From Callorhinchus milii (lineage: Eukaryota): a DNA stretch of 64,000 bases. Made by a program: the position numbers and the translations under genes. The stretch is from NCBI RefSeq assembly GCF_018977255.1, contig NW_024704743.1, forward strand, positions 15,812,001 through 15,876,000. Reading direction: 5' to 3'. The notes under the pieces were generated by a model. It was not told the DNA's origin, did no database searches, and saw nothing but the letters and a program-made list of their open reading frames with translations. Below are positions 1 through 13,129 of this stretch, one piece after another; the first letter of the stretch is position 1, and every line of letters begins with the position of its first letter.

Positions 1-248
1 GGCAGGGCGAAACCTTGGGCAAGTTTCCTTACTCCACACGCCTAATAATAATCCCTCCAAAAAACCCAAAACAATAATAAATTGGTCATTTTCAATCTAC
101 GACTGTTTGTGGGACATTGCTGTGCGCAATTGGCTGCCGCGTTCGCCCACAAATATACAGTCAATTCACTTTACAGTGTGTTCTGTGAAGCGCTTTGGGA
201 CGTCCTCCTGACGTGAAAAGCGCTATATCAAATGCAAGGATTATTATT
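1..248 (+). mobile_element. tRNA-derived SINE, short subfamily (5' end cut by window edge)
   Basis: Near-identical to the copies at 3096 and 42553; L2-type stem-loop tail plus (TTA)n. Confidence 0.9.
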
Positions 249-292
249 AATCCCTCTATCCTTTAGAAATCCACCAATCTCAGTCTTGAATA

Positions 293-490
293 TGTCCATG
301 ACCCTTCATCAGAACTGGGGCATGTTTAAGGGCTAACAGAGTGGGGGGAGGGAGGGCAAAGAAGACAAAGGAGAAAATGGGGTAGAGGACAGGGATGATG
401 GGTTAAAGAGGTGTTAGTGATGCAGAACAAAGTGGGTGATTGCAACAAAGCAGGGGAATAAAGGTGTTAATACTGCAGAACAAAAAGGGG
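293..490 (-). mobile_element. Penelope-like element fragment with truncated hammerhead motif
   Basis: Minus strand reads ...agttCTGATGAagggtcatggac, preceded by pyrimidine-rich sequence typical of chondrichthyan Penelope terminal repeats. The GAAA half of the hammerhead is missing. Confidence 0.5.
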
Positions 491-664
491 GGGGAAAGGA
501 ACCCCCTTTGTTCTTGTCGAAGAGAAGAGACTTGAGATGGGCATTGTTGGTCAGGGCACCAGAAAAACTCCCTTTGCTTTAACCTGAAGAAGCAGATGTG
601 AATAGATCTGGAACCTTCCCCCTTCCCCCCCACCTTCTGGCTCTACAGTATTAACACCTCTATT

Positions 665-2050
665 CCCTTGCAAGACCATGGAGGGCTTTGAAGGTGAGGA
701 TCAGATTCTTGAACTGTATCCTCTGTGTGATGGGAAGCCAGTGGAGTCGGGCGAGGGTGATAGGGTCATGGAGCCTGGTGTGGGAGAGGACACGGGCTGC
801 AAAGTTCTGGATAATCTGCAGTTTATGGCGGGAGGAGCTGGGGAGGCCGACAAGCAAGGAGTTTACATAGTCAAGCCTCGATGTAATGAAAGCGTGTTTC
901 GGCAGCCTGCTGTGTTAGACAGTGGTGGAGCCGGGCGATGTTGCGGAGGTGGGGGAAGGCAGAGCGCATCATGGCACAGATGTGGGTAGAAAGGATAGTT
1001 GAGGGTCAACCAAGACACCAAGGTTCCGGACTGGCTCAGTGAGGTGGAGTGTGCAACCATGGATGGTGATGCTGTCAGCGCCTGAGGTGTGGAGGCGCTG
1101 ATGGGAGCCAATCAGGAGAGCCTCGGTCTTGTTGACATTCAACTATAGAAAGTTAGCTCTCATCCAGGACTTGATGTCTGACAGACATTCTGTCAGGATA
1201 GCAGTGGTCCTGGAGTCAAGTGTGGAGGCAGAGATAGAGTTGGGTGTCATCCGCATACATGTGGAAGTTGACCCCATGTCTGCGGATGATCTCATCAAGA
1301 GGGAGCATATAGATATTGAAGAGGAGGGGACCAAGGACAGAGCCCTGAGGAATGCAGCACGAGACAGTGCAGGAGCTAGAGGAGAAACCGTTTGTTGAGA
1401 TGAAGTAGAGGCGGTGTGAGAGATATGATCTGAACCAGTCAAGGACAGAGCTGTGAAGGTTGAGGTGAGAGGAGAGGCGGTGGATGAGGATAGAGTGATC
1501 GACGGTGTCGAAAGGAGCATAGAGGTCAAGGAAGACGAGGAGGCAGAGGGAGCCCTGGTCGCAGATGGACAGAATGTCATTTGTCACTTTGATCAGGACT
1601 GTTTCTATGCTGTGGGCGGCACGGAAACCCGATTGGAGGGGTTTGTGAAGAGAGTGGCGGGAGAGGAAGGAGCGAAGCAATAGCTCATTCTAGGATCTGG
1701 GTGAGGAAAGGGAGGTTGGAGATGGGGTGATAGTTTGAGAGTAGAGATGGGTCTTGGGAGGGTTTTTTAAGGATAGAAGTAATGATGGTCATTTTCAATG
1801 GGGTGGGAACAGTACCAGAGGACAGGGAGAGGTTTATGATGTCTGTGAGTAGAGGGGCAAGGAGGTGGAGCTGGGAGTTAAGGAGAGAGGTAGGGATGGG
1901 GGTTGAGAGTTCAGGTGTTCGGTTTTATGTGGGTTATAGTGGTGATGAGAGAGGAGTTGGAGACAGGTTCGAAGGTGTGGAGGGAGGGATGGGTAGGGGC
2001 TGGGGTGGAAGGGGGAGATGGGGAGGGTGTAGTAGACGGAAGGGCAGAGG
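665..2050 (-). mobile_element. L2 LINE fragment (RT domain and C-terminus, frameshifted)
   Basis: ORF pieces [47 protein letters not shown]. Confidence 0.93.
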
Positions 2051-3095
2051 CCACGGTTAGGGTTTTTGTGTCATGGCACAAAATCAGGTAAGGTAAGAAA
2101 AGGCAAGTTGGTTGTTGTCTCAATAATTGTCCAAAGGTACAGTAAAGATCGTACCATACACATTTAAAACAAATAGATATTAAACACAGTTCATTAGGTT
2201 CATTGGCTTTTTCTTTCCACAGTAAACAGAAACTATCCGACTATAGTCAGAAATGACTAAGCCATTCTGATTCTCGTCACCGCCACCCCCTCCCCTCACC
2301 CCCACACACACTGATAAGATCACAGTCTTCGACAGGAAGTTTATTCTCAGATGTTTTGAAGGATACTGGAGGGTAAAAGAGGTAAGGGGGCAATAGGATT
2401 CAGTCATGGAAGGGGAATTGAAAACTCAGAGATGATAAGTAAAGAGGATATTAGCAATGCAGAGCAGGAAACGTGTCATAGAGAGATAATGTGGATGGGA
2501 ATCTTGGAAATACAGAGTTTATAGGAAGTTCTGAGTCAATGTTTGTGTGACACAGAGAGCAAGCGGAAGTTGCAAAAAATTAATATTAATATTAATATTG
2601 CCACGCAATCTGGAGGCATGTGTGTGGGGGGAATCTAGAGGTCTAGAAGATTCTGAGCAAGTGTGGACAATCTCAAATATGATGAAGTAACAAGCCTGTG
2701 TCAATAGTTTTTTTCTTGTTTGTACTTTTATTTACAATGCATTATTATCATACTAGCCAAACCCCAAGAAAAATAATAATATGGTTTAAATTGTTGTTCT
2801 GTTGATCCAGCACCACAGAAAAGTGCAACAAACACAGCAACGGACGTACTCACTATATTAAATGCAATTACACATTTTATGAGAAAGTTTCTGGTTTCTC
2901 ATGTTGATCTGATTTTACCTACAACACTCTGAAACATAAACACTTTGTTCTGATTAAATAGCTTTATTTTTCAGAAGGCTATAAAATGTCATGAGGACCT
3001 TGGCTGGTGCATAGTGGTTCAGTGCATTTGTATATCAAAGTAATGGTCTTTTTCGGCACAAAAAATCACGAGAGGTCGTAGGGTCGTAGGTTTGT

Positions 3096-3406
3096 GGAGT
3101 CCTGTAGCTCAGTGGTTAGAGCACTCGCTTTGCAAGCGAGAGACCTGAGTTCAATTCCAGGCAGGGCGAAACCTTGGGCAAATTTCCTTACTCCACACGC
3201 CTAATAATAATCCCTCCAAAACCAAAAACAATAATAAATTGCTCATTTTCAATCTACGACTGTTTGTGGGACATTGCTATGCTGCCGCGTTCGCCCACAA
3301 ATATATACAGTCAATTCACTTTACAGTGTGTTCTGTGAAGCGCTTTGGGACGTCCTCCCGAAGTGAAAAGCGCTATATCAAATGCAAGGATTATTATTAT
3401 TATTAT
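3096..3406 (+). mobile_element. tRNA-derived SINE, short subfamily, full length
   Basis: Head GGAGTCCTGTAGCTCAGTGGTTAGAGC (A box), anticodon arm CTCGC-TTTGCAA-GCGAG (TGC, Ala-like), GTTCAATTCC (B box), L2-like tail and (TTA)n. Resembles the elephant-shark SINE2-type family as I recall it. Confidence 0.9.
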
Positions 3407-3829
3407 ATTAGGGTGTGTGCACCAGGGAGCACACTTATTAGTAATGCCTATACTGATACGAATCTCCATATCAAAATTCCTGCTATTTGAACTCAAAAAG
3501 TTTTACTTTGCTGACTTACAAAAATCACATGTGTCCTTTTTGGGAATGTTACAAATTAGACAGCTTTCAGTATTTGGCATTAACACCCCGAATTCCCCCA
3601 TTTATGAATATCACAAATATCGTCAAAGTTATTTTAGCATTCCACAGATACGTTTTTTCTAAACTTTGGGATAAATGATGCTTAGAAATCATATCAGTCA
3701 ATGCCATTTTAAAATTAATTCAGATTTTTGGCTTGCACCATCGTTCTGAGCCCTACATGACAGTGCAAACTAAACTTCAACTAAAGGAAGCTCTGTCATT
3801 GTAACAAGGGAACTTGCCCCACAATGGGA

Positions 3830-4150
3830 TTTTGAATTCACAGTCTTGGCTGACATTTCAGTGTAGTGCTTGGGTGTCCTGCATTGTCGGGGTACCATCT
3901 TTCAGATGAGTCTATCTGTTTAGGTGGACGTTAAAGATCCCATGGAACTCTTGGAAAAGAGAAGGGAGTTTCTCTTCACACACTTGCCAACAATCCCGTA
4001 AATAAAACTGATTGCTCTTTTCATAGTTGTTTGCAGGACATTGAGATGCACAAATTGGTTGTCACGTCGTTGCATATTGTATATCCTGGGAAATTGTTTC
4101 AGACGTCCTCCTGACATGAGAAGCACTATATGAAATGCAAGGATTATTAT
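3830..4150 (+). mobile_element. Deu-domain SINE (SacSINE1/AmnSINE1-like), decayed
   Basis: Contains Deu-core motifs (gcattgtcggggtaccatctttcagatgag ... aggtggacgttaaagatcccatgg ... gaagggagtttctc) and an L2-type tail. Confidence 0.8.
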
Positions 4151-4394
4151 ATTGGGGAATTTTCTGCTCATTGTATCAGAACTGGAAATACAATAGCACA
4201 TTTTATCATGTTAGGGACCCAACAACAGCATCAGTTGAGGCCAGATCAGTTGTAGCACAGATGGAAGCACAGGCAATCCTCCTCACTTTGACTGCACCAT
4301 CTCAGAAGATAATTGACAAAGTAAGTAGATGGTGCATTCTCAACCAAACATTCAATATCAGGGTTATTTTGTGCCATGTCTTAATGAAATTAAG

Positions 4395-4743
4395 AGAAGT
4401 CCTGCAGCATATTGGTTAGAGCACTTGCCTCCAAGCAAGAGGACCTGGTTTTGATTCCCGGGCAAGTTTCCTTACTCCACATGGCTGTTTACCTCACAAT
4501 AAATAGAAATCCAGTTATTAGACGATTGGCAGATCGCTTTCCGTGGGTAATAATCCCTTAAAAAAATAATAATTTGGTCACTCAATCCACGACTGTTTGT
4601 GAGACACTGCTATGCGCAATTTGCTGCCGTTTTTCACTCACAATATATACAGTCAATTCACTTTAGAGTATATTCTATGAAGAGTATTGAAACATTTCAA
4701 TGTTGTGATAAGGCACGATATCAAATGCAAAGATTATTATTAT
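4395..4743 (+). mobile_element. tRNA-derived SINE, long subfamily
   Basis: Same head and tail as the short form plus a central block ctgtttacct...gattggcagatcgctttcc. Confidence 0.85.
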
Positions 4744-5289
4744 TTACTTATTAAGGAATCTCCAGTGACCTGCGGGAAATCTGTGCTGAGATAGAACATT
4801 CTGGAGTGGATTTTTGTGCTTCCATCAGTGTGCTGTGCTTCCAATTATTGGAAGGTGTCCTTATTTGGACCACTTGGATTCTTATTGTGAATCCTTTATT
4901 ATGCAGACTGGATTGAACAGGGGGCAATGCAGTGCAAGAGGAGAAATCAAGAGACAAACTGTACGACATTGAAATATCACTGGTTTCTATTAAGTTCAAT
5001 AATAACGCAATAGAGCTTTAGAAGTGTGAGCTGACACTGTGGAAGGGACTAACCAATGCGTTTGTGGAGGCAGATTGTGTAAGATTATGTCAAGAGATAA
5101 TTATCTATTTGGCGAAAACAAATCGATTGGAGATTATGACAGTTAAAGAGTAGTGTAAAATTCTTTACATTTTTAACTTCTGGACTGGCCAGATGCAACA
5201 AAACAGACTTTTCTGTTCTGTATATTCTTGTGTTTCTATGTAAAACTTACTGAGATTAGCCACCTTGATATGAATATTCTAGGAAATGT

Positions 5290-5422
5290 TAACGACATCA
5301 ACAAATTATTGTGTTGGCTTACAAATACAGTCACTCCATTACACAGTACATTCTGCAAAGCGCTTTGAGACATCCTTCCGACGTGATAAAGGCCTTTACC
5401 AAATGCAAGGTTTTTTCTTCTT

Positions 5423-5453
<31 letters not shown>

Positions 5454-5472
5454 TTATTATTATTATTATTAT
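5290..5472 (+). mobile_element. SINE 3' fragment ending in a compound (TTC)n(TTA)n microsatellite
   Basis: aagcgctttgagacatcc...aaatgcaagg followed by ~12 TTC and ~7 TTA units. Confidence 0.8.
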
Positions 5473-6069
5473 CCCAGACCACACAAGGTCACCGTGTAAG
5501 AGCTCCTCACTGTACAGCACCAATGATAGAAATATAGAATTCTTCTTTGTACATTACCATTGATAGGAAACACATGTACTCCAAGGAACTGACAGAACTT
5601 GCCAAGATGAAAGAGATCTAGAGGTGTTAGTTGACTTATCATTCACTAGGCAAAACAGTATGAGGCAGCAATAAACAAGGCAAACAGTATGATGGGCTAT
5701 CTTGCTAAATAATAATAATAATAATCTTTTTTATTTGATATAGAACCTTAACAATTCATTGAGAGTTCTCAAAGCCCTTCACAGAATATACTGCAAAGTG
5801 AATTGACTGTATATTTTGTTGATGAAACGTGGCAGGTAATTACACACAGTTGAGTTTGAATCCTCATATAATAATATAAAATAATAGCTGCTCTGGTCAG
5901 GCTGCACCTAGTATACTGTATACAGGTCTGATTGCTGCAACCCAAGAGGGCTACCTACCCAGGTACCAGAGACAGTGTGCAGAGGAGAGTAATGAGGATG
6001 ATCCCCAGTTAAAATGAGCTATAATGAGCAATGATTACTGAAGACATCTCAGTGGTTAGGATGTATTAT

Positions 6070-6550
6070 GAAGAATGTACAGCACGGAAAAAGGCCACTT
6101 GGCCCAACCAGTCCGTGCCATTGTTTATACTCCACATGAGTCTCCAACCATTCCTTACACGCTTCGATTTCTCTCTCCCTCGTGTGAAGGTCTAGCTTCC
6201 TCTTGAATGCATCTGTACTAACTGATTCAACCACCACTTCAGGCAGCGAGTTCCACAATTTAACTACCCTCTGCGTGAGGTACTGTAGTTCTCCTAAATT
6301 CCCAAGTTTTCTTTTAGATCCCCTATTCGTTATCTTATATTTGTATCTCTTAGATACAAAGGTTGTTCCCCAACCAGTGGAAACAGCCTATTTATGTTAA
6401 TCTTATCGAACACTTTTATAATCTTAAACACTTCTTTTAGGTCCTCCTTAAATATCTCTTCTCTAGTAAAAAGAAGCCTAACGTATGCAGTTTATCCTGG
6501 TAGAGGTAACCTGCCAGCCCTGATATCATCCTCTTAAACATACGCTGTAC
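6070..6550 (-). mobile_element. CR1 LINE 3' end
   Basis: ORF piece WNSLPEVVVESVSTDAFKRKLD; CR1-type 3' UTR hairpin region. Confidence 0.85.
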
Positions 6551-7425
6551 TCTGTCAGACATCAAATCCTGGATGAGAGCTAACTTTCTTCAGTTGAACG
6601 TCAACAAGACCGAGGCTCTCCTGATTGGCTCCTGTCAGCGCCTCCACACCTCAGGCGCTGACAGCATCACCATCCAAGGTTGCACACTCCACCTCACTGA
6701 GCCGGTCCAGAACCTTGGTGTCTTGTTTGACCCTCAACTATCCTTTCTACCCCACATCCATGGCATGACCTGCTCTGCCTTCTCCAACCTCCACAACATC
6801 GCCCGGCTCCACCGCTGTCTAACACAGCAGGTTACTAGACCATCATACACGCATTCATAACATCGAGGTTTGACTATGCAAACTCCTTGCTTGTCGGCCT
6901 CCTCAACTCCTCCGTCCATAGGCTGCAGAACATCCAGAACTCTGCAGCCTGTGTCCTCTCCCGCACCAGGGTCTGCGTCCCTATCACTCCCACCCTCTCC
7001 TGACTCCACTGGCTTTCCATCACACAGAGGATACAGTTCAAGATCCTGCTCCTCACCTTCAAAGCTCTCCATGGTCTTGCTCCCCCCCTACCTCTGTGAT
7101 CTCCTAACCCCCTACCAACCTGCCAACTACCTCCGCTCAGCGGGCTCCGGCCTGCTTCACACCCCACAGTTACAGGCCTTCTGCCAATCTGCCCCCACCC
7201 TCTTGAACTCCATCCCGCAATCGACCCCTCCTTTGCCTCCTTTAAGACCCGTCTCAAGACTCTCCTGTTTGACCATGCCTTCAGTCACCATCCTTCCCTC
7301 CCTACCCCCAGCCTACCCAATCCCGACTCCCAGCTCAGATCCGAAACACTGACTGTCCAGCGACTTGGGATGTCCTCCTGATGTGAAAGGTACTATACAA
7401 ATGTAATTTTGTTGTTGTAGTTGTT
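6551..7425 (+). mobile_element. L2 LINE, 5'-truncated, with 3' tail
   Basis: [26 protein letters not shown], and tail cagcgacttgggatgtcctcctgatgtgaaagg...(TTG)n. Confidence 0.92.
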
Positions 7426-8626
7426 ATACATTCTATTTCACTGGATATAAAGTCGAAGACCCCATTGGACTTTTTATAGCCCTCATGTACCTGTGTGGCT
7501 ACTTTGAGAGATTTGTAAATTTGAATCCCCAGATCTCTTACCTTTCATTTTTCTTGCCGAAATAAATTACTTTGCACCCCTCCCAACTCGGACTTGGTGC
7601 AATCCACTGCCCTATCTGAGCCACCATCGGTTGCCAAGCTTTCTGATTCTATGCTTCTAATCTCTGTAACTCCCTCCTTCTACCTCTCCATCTCACCCCC
7701 TATCTGTTTTCAAGGCCTGCTCTTCAACCGTGCCTAAAGTCACCGCTTCCTTCTCTCCCTCCTCCCTTACTCAATGTCCAACCCCTCACTTTAAAGCGCT
7801 CTTTATCCTGCATTATCCGTCATGCAGGGTGCTATATAAAGGCAGTTGTTTTTGCAGTATGACCATGATCCCGACAGTGCCTGTAACTGTGCTGTGTCCT
7901 TTAAATAGAGTCACCAATGTATTGAGTGTCTTCTGTTAATCTGTGCCTCCTTGTGAGAAGATTTTTCAGGTACCAAGACTTCAAAATATTTGAAAAAAAT
8001 TTCCTCCCGGAAATTAGCTTTATAGAAATATGACCTAATATTAGCATTTTGTTTTGTTTCTTTTTAAATCTCTTATTTTGTAAAAAATATATGAATGCAA
8101 AACAAATAAAGGTCCACATATTGACATCAGAAATGTCGCAAGAAACATAGCAAAATAAACATAAGATTTATTTTGTTAAAACAACTTAAAAATTGTTTAG
8201 TTCATTTGATGAATGGAAAGAGATGGAAGATAGAACACATTGTAGATAATCTTACATTTATTTGTGTCAAGTTGTTTAACGTCATCAAGTTATAATTGAG
8301 TGAATTTTTTCATAGCATTCCTAATGATCACTATGCCTGCTCAAATAAGCATCCGCTATTCAAAAAATAACACACAAGCCAAACAATAGATAATGAACAT
8401 AGCCTCAAGGAGAGTCGGAAAGCAATGCAAAAACACCAGGGACAAATTTACTTTAAGAATGTTGCATTGAGCATTTGTTTGTTGTTTATTGTCTCTGTCC
8501 TTGATTTGGTGCAAGCGCCTAACTCAGGGAATGCCTCAGAAAACAGTAGATAAATGCATTTGTCTAGAATGTGCAACATTGTGACCCTGCCATTGAACTG
8601 ACTCCAGGATTTGTAGGAGTGACTTA

Positions 8627-8935
8627 TGAAGTCCTGTATTGTATTAGTTAGAGCATTCGTCTCGCAAGCGAGAGGATCTGGGTTCAATTCCCAAGCAGGC
8701 AAGTTTCCTTACTCCCCACGTCTCTGTTTACCTAGCAGTAAGGTGGAATACAATTGTTAAATCGATTGACAGATCGCTTTTCTGGAAGTAATAACCCCTT
8801 CAAAAAAACAATAATTTGGTTACTCAATCCATAGCTATTTGCTGCCGCATTTCGCACACAAAATATACAATCAATTCATTTTACAGTTTATTCTGTAAAG
8901 CACTTTAAAATACAAGAAATATTATTATTATTATT
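8627..8935 (+). mobile_element. tRNA-derived SINE, long subfamily
   Basis: Head, central block and (TTA)n tail. Confidence 0.85.
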
Positions 8936-8994
8936 GTATGATCAGAGACCCGAAATTCCTCATAAATTTAGCCTTAAGGGTCTTAAAATTGAAG

Positions 8995-9100
8995 TATTGT
9001 GCAGAATCGTGGAAAATTCTTACATTCAGTCCCGAACTGCTGAAAACCAATTTCCAAATTAAGGATGACGTTAGGAACTTTTCATAATTCTGCATAATAT
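8995..9100. repeat. Palindromic MITE-like relic
   Basis: Arms tattgtgcagaatcgtggaaaattctta / taggaacttttcataattctgcataata are imperfect inverted repeats; related to 22345-22450. Confidence 0.55.
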
Positions 9101-9729
9101 TGCTGGGGTTAAACTAGTTCTTAGGAGATAGGTCGAACAGGCCAGGCACGTCTTTAGTAATCCAAGCTATTGTTTGTTGATGGTTGACCAGCCTGTCTGC
9201 CTCACCAATAAGATTTGGAGGTGTAGACATGTTCTCAACCCTGTGAGCAAAGCACTAATGGAGAGGAGTGGTTCAAGCATGAAATGAGCCTGTCCTTGGT
9301 ACTGGTAAGAAGAATGGCTACCATTCAGAGGCACTGACAAACTATTACAATAAAACTATATGTGGTTACATTCAGATGCCACCGTGCATGTATCCTTAAA
9401 TATCTGTCAGTGCTTCAAACTAATGATATGTAAACAATCTCCTTACTATAATGGAGACAACCGATTAGCATAAGAAGTGTGAGCTACAATGACGCTTCAG
9501 TAAACTTTAAACCTCTGGGACACAGTAGGAATCAACTCATTACAAATGCTTATAGGTCACATTTTGTTTGCTATTTGAATACATCATTAAAACAAAATTA
9601 TTTTGTCCGGTTGAGTTGGGCTTGTGTAATTGAAAGTGTAGAGGTCTGGAGGATTCACAAAGCATCCGGCCTTGTATTGTGTTTATTATCAGCTGCATTT
9701 TTGGGTCAGACAGGCACCGAGCAACAGCA

Positions 9730-10620
9730 TTTTCAGCTTGGCTCAGTTTGTGGCATTCTCACCTCGAGGGCAGAAGATTGTGGATTGAAGCCTCTCATCT
9801 GGGCTTTGAATTTATAGTTTAGGGTGCTGCTCCGGTGAATGCTGCCGAGGATTGCACTGTCAGTAGCATTGTCTTTCAGATGACATATTAAACCAAGGCC
9901 CTGCCTAATTGATCAGAAAGGTGTTAAAATCCCATTACACTCTTCAGAAAGAGAAGGGAGGTTTTCCTGGTGACCAGTCACTGGGGGCAGGAAGTCATCC
10001 CACTCAGCTCCTGTTAACCCTGCAAGCCAAATTCCTGACGGGTAGGGCGGTCCTAGCTGGACAAGGAGCGGAAAAGCTTGCCAGCCAGCGATTTCAATGG
10101 CAAGCTATGTGGTTTTAGCTGGTTAGACTCCAGCAGTATCCCAATGACACTCTGGGGTCCCCCAAGCCTTGGTTCTTGCTAACCTTGCCTATTACTTTCT
10201 GGAATAAGGCAGACAGGATGTTTCCCTCCAATCTATCTTGGTATGGAACAAGATAGATCCCCTTATCCCTACCTCTCCTACCCCATCCTCCCTTCTCCCT
10301 CACTCCCCGCCCTTGTTTGCCAAAATCCCCTGACTGTCTAGTGCCCTGGGATGTCTTTCCATTGTGAAGGGCACTATACAAGTGTTATTTGTTCTTGTTG
10401 TTTCTCCCTGAAGCGCTTTGAGATGTCGCGATAAGGGGCTATATCAAATGCAAGGATTATTGTTATCATTATCTCTGGAATTTCCATGTGTAGGTGGACG
10501 GCAATTAATTACCTCATTTGCTGTGTGCAAATGGCCACCACATTATTCTCTTGATTATGTACCTTGAGATGACTCAATGACATGATAAGGCACTATATCA
10601 AATGCAAGAATTATTATTTT
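9730..10620 (+). mobile_element. Deu-domain SINE interrupted by repeat X, an L2 3' end and a SINE tail
   Basis: Deu core at 9730-9975; the tail resumes at ~10500-10620. Confidence 0.65.
9983..10500 (+). repeat. Unclassified structured repeat X, copy 1 (interrupted ~10240-10470)
   Basis: Aligns by eye with the copies at 20670, 32066, 56481, 57215 and 59231. Confidence 0.8.
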
Positions 10621-10714
10621 TATAACTTTTTTTTAAGACAGCACCTGGTTGTGAATTTAATGTAGTAAAATCACATACTCATTGCAAGCCTTCACACTTA
10701 GTGCATGGTAGTGC

Positions 10715-10766
10715 TTTATTCCATTTCAACAAGAAATCTACATTTAGGAGTGCTGAGGTATTTATT
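10715..10766 (-). promoter_or_regulatory. Candidate SUGCT polyadenylation signals (two AATAAA)
   Basis: tttatt on + at 10761-10766 and 10715-10720, ~190-240 nt past the stop codon in non-repetitive 3' UTR-like sequence. Confidence 0.55.
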
Positions 10767-10958
10767 ATTGTATATCTTTAGGGGTTTAATTTGTAATTCA
10801 TTGCGTTGAGACTAACAGTGTTCTAGTGATCTGCCTTGCAACAGTCTGGAAAGAAATTTACCTTGATTCATTTCTGCAATTATAAAAGGCCTTGTCTGAA
10901 CTGTGAACGTGATTGATCTCAGAAAGGTCAAAACTGCTTGTGTAAGAGAGATTAGCCT

Positions 10959-11122
10959 TTAGTGCAGTTCATGCTGGGTGACTGCTCCCGCTGTGAGCAG
11001 TTCATTGATATAGCTCTCGCTGTAACCCAGCACGGTCTTCAGCACCTCCACTGTGTGCTGCCCGATCAGAGGTGGGGGCTCCGGCCTTGAGACCTTGAAG
11101 TCACTGAATCGGACAGCGGGAC
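10959..11122 (-). CDS. SUGCT: SUGCT terminal coding exon (C-terminus of succinyl-CoA:glutarate CoA-transferase)
   Basis: Minus strand ...ttattccacag|GT CCC GCT GTC... translates (G)PAVRFSDFKVSRPEPPPLIGQHTVEVLKTVLGYSESYINELLTAGAVTQHELH*. This closely resembles the human SUGCT/C7orf10 C-terminus as I recall it ([24 protein letters not shown]...ELLSAGVVDQHETH*). AG acceptor at 11123-11124, TAA at 10959-10961, phase matches the upstream exon. Confidence 0.93.
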
Positions 11123-11397
11123 CTGTGGAATAAGGAAGAGTTAAATATTACTTTTGTGAAATATACCCAACTTTTCTCTATTAACCCTTGAAATAGCTGC
11201 AAGAAGTTAACACTAGCATTTCTCTTAGGAGGTTGCGTTCACTCTCAGAACCCTGTGGATTTAGAAATATTCAAATGCAAGGATTACATTGTACACTGTA
11301 TCGTTTACATATCTCTCTAACTGTTCTAAAATTATTTGGAATCAGAAATGTAAAGAATATTCTATTGCGATATATGGAACACATGTTCACCCATGTA

Positions 11398-11880
11398 ATA
11401 ATAATTATGATAATCCTTGCATTTGATATATTGCCTTACCACTTATCACAAAGCGCTTCACAGGATATGCTGTAAATTGGTGTGACTGTGTTTTTTTTTG
11501 GGGGGGCAAATGTGGCAATTAATTTGCACACAACAAACTGTCCCACAAACAGCCATGAGTGAATGACAAATTTTATTTGATTGTTGGCCAGGACACCAGG
11601 AAAAACTCCCTTCTATTTTTGAATAGTCCCATGGGATCGCTAATGTCCACCTGGACAGGAAGCCGGGACTCTGATTAATGTCAACAACAACTTGCATTTA
11701 TGTAGCGTCCCAGAGCGCTTATACAAAGCACGGGAACTCCCAACAATGCAGCACACCCCCAGCATTGGAGCTGAGCACGTGGAGCTTAGACTATATGATT
11801 CCAAGTCCCGATGTGGGGCTTGAACCCACAACCTTTTGATTCAGAGGGAAGAGCGCTACCTATTGAATCAGCCTGGCATG
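11398..11880 (-). mobile_element. Deu-domain SINE
   Basis: Reverse complement of the Deu core (ggccaggacaccagg, gtcccatgggatc, gtccacctg); tRNA-like head near 11820-11875. Confidence 0.8.
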
Positions 11881-13129
11881 AGGTGCCTGAAAGCTCTTTT
11901 ACTAGTGAGGCTATCCAGAGACAGGGTGACAGGGGCTATCGAGGTTAGTAGTTTCAAATGGAGCTGAATATGAACAGCTGACATTTGCATAGCACCCTTC
12001 ATGTAGGATAATACCATGAAGCACTTCATAAGCACGGGATTGGTTACCAAGCTAGGAAGAAATGAGCGGAGGAAGTTGAAGGTGACCATAAGAGGTAGCT
12101 TTTTTGGCTTTTTTCCAGACAGATAGTGAAGAGGCAAAGCAGAGTTGAGGCAGAGTTCCAGAGGTTATGGGCGTAGTATCTATAGCAATAGCTCCAATTG
12201 ACATACATGACATTAAATGCTTTGCTCATGTTTCGGTGTTGCTGGAGTGGAGCAGATGACAAGGGAGGGGAGGGAGGCTTCCGTATTGCATTGAGCTGAA
12301 TTTTCTGCCAATTGCAATGAGTGTTGTATCTACATGTTGAAGCCTATGCAACCCTGAGATTTTTTTTTAGTAACATGTAAAACGTAACAAGCTGCTGTGC
12401 AAAAGTCAAGGTTTTCAAACGTTACTGAAAAGTGTACATAAACATTCCTCCACGTAGTACTCAACTGTCACCAGACGTTTTAACAATCTGGACTAAAGCT
12501 AGTCACAATGGTTTCTCTCTCCACGTCTGCACCTTGCCCATTAATATGCAAACTGTTCATCGTTATTACAGTTACAGTCATGCATAAACAGCTAAAATGG
12601 AACAGACTGGGATGTTTGGTGTTTACAGTGTCTAAAATAGAAAGCTGTGGCTCTTCAATTAGCCCATAAACCAAACAGAAAATACATAAACAGTGATGGG
12701 AACAAGCAGAATCACAGATTAGTTTAATTAAAATTCCAGTTAATCTACTATCACTCAATTATTCTGCATGACTGACAAACTGACACGGAGTGTAGTTTTC
12801 ACATCCGGGGGTCAGATTACTCTGGTTCACTCTACTTCTCCAACACATCTCTTATTAAAGGGGCAATACCTTCCTGAAAAACTGTTTCCCTATTGGTTTG
12901 TAGGTTTGCCAACGATGCCAGGTCTCTTTTCCACCACAATGATACCGTGTTTTAAGTTACACGATGATATAATTGTCCAAAGCATCAGGTGCTTGTGGAC
13001 AAAAGCAAGTCCACTACTTTTTAAGAAGAGGATGCAACTTTAAGATAATACTTTACTGCTCTTGAAGGCGCCATCCATCCATGTTTGAGTATTTAATTGA
13101 AGAACTGCTATTGTAAGGAATCCCCGATA

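Noticed and set aside
3096..3170. tRNA-Ala(TGC)-like gene
   Set aside because: The acceptor stem does not close, and the sequence continues into a SINE body and tail in many copies; it is a SINE head.
5236..5537. Poly-Arg/Phe/Ser ORFs
   Set aside because: Translation of a (TTC)n(TTA)n microsatellite.
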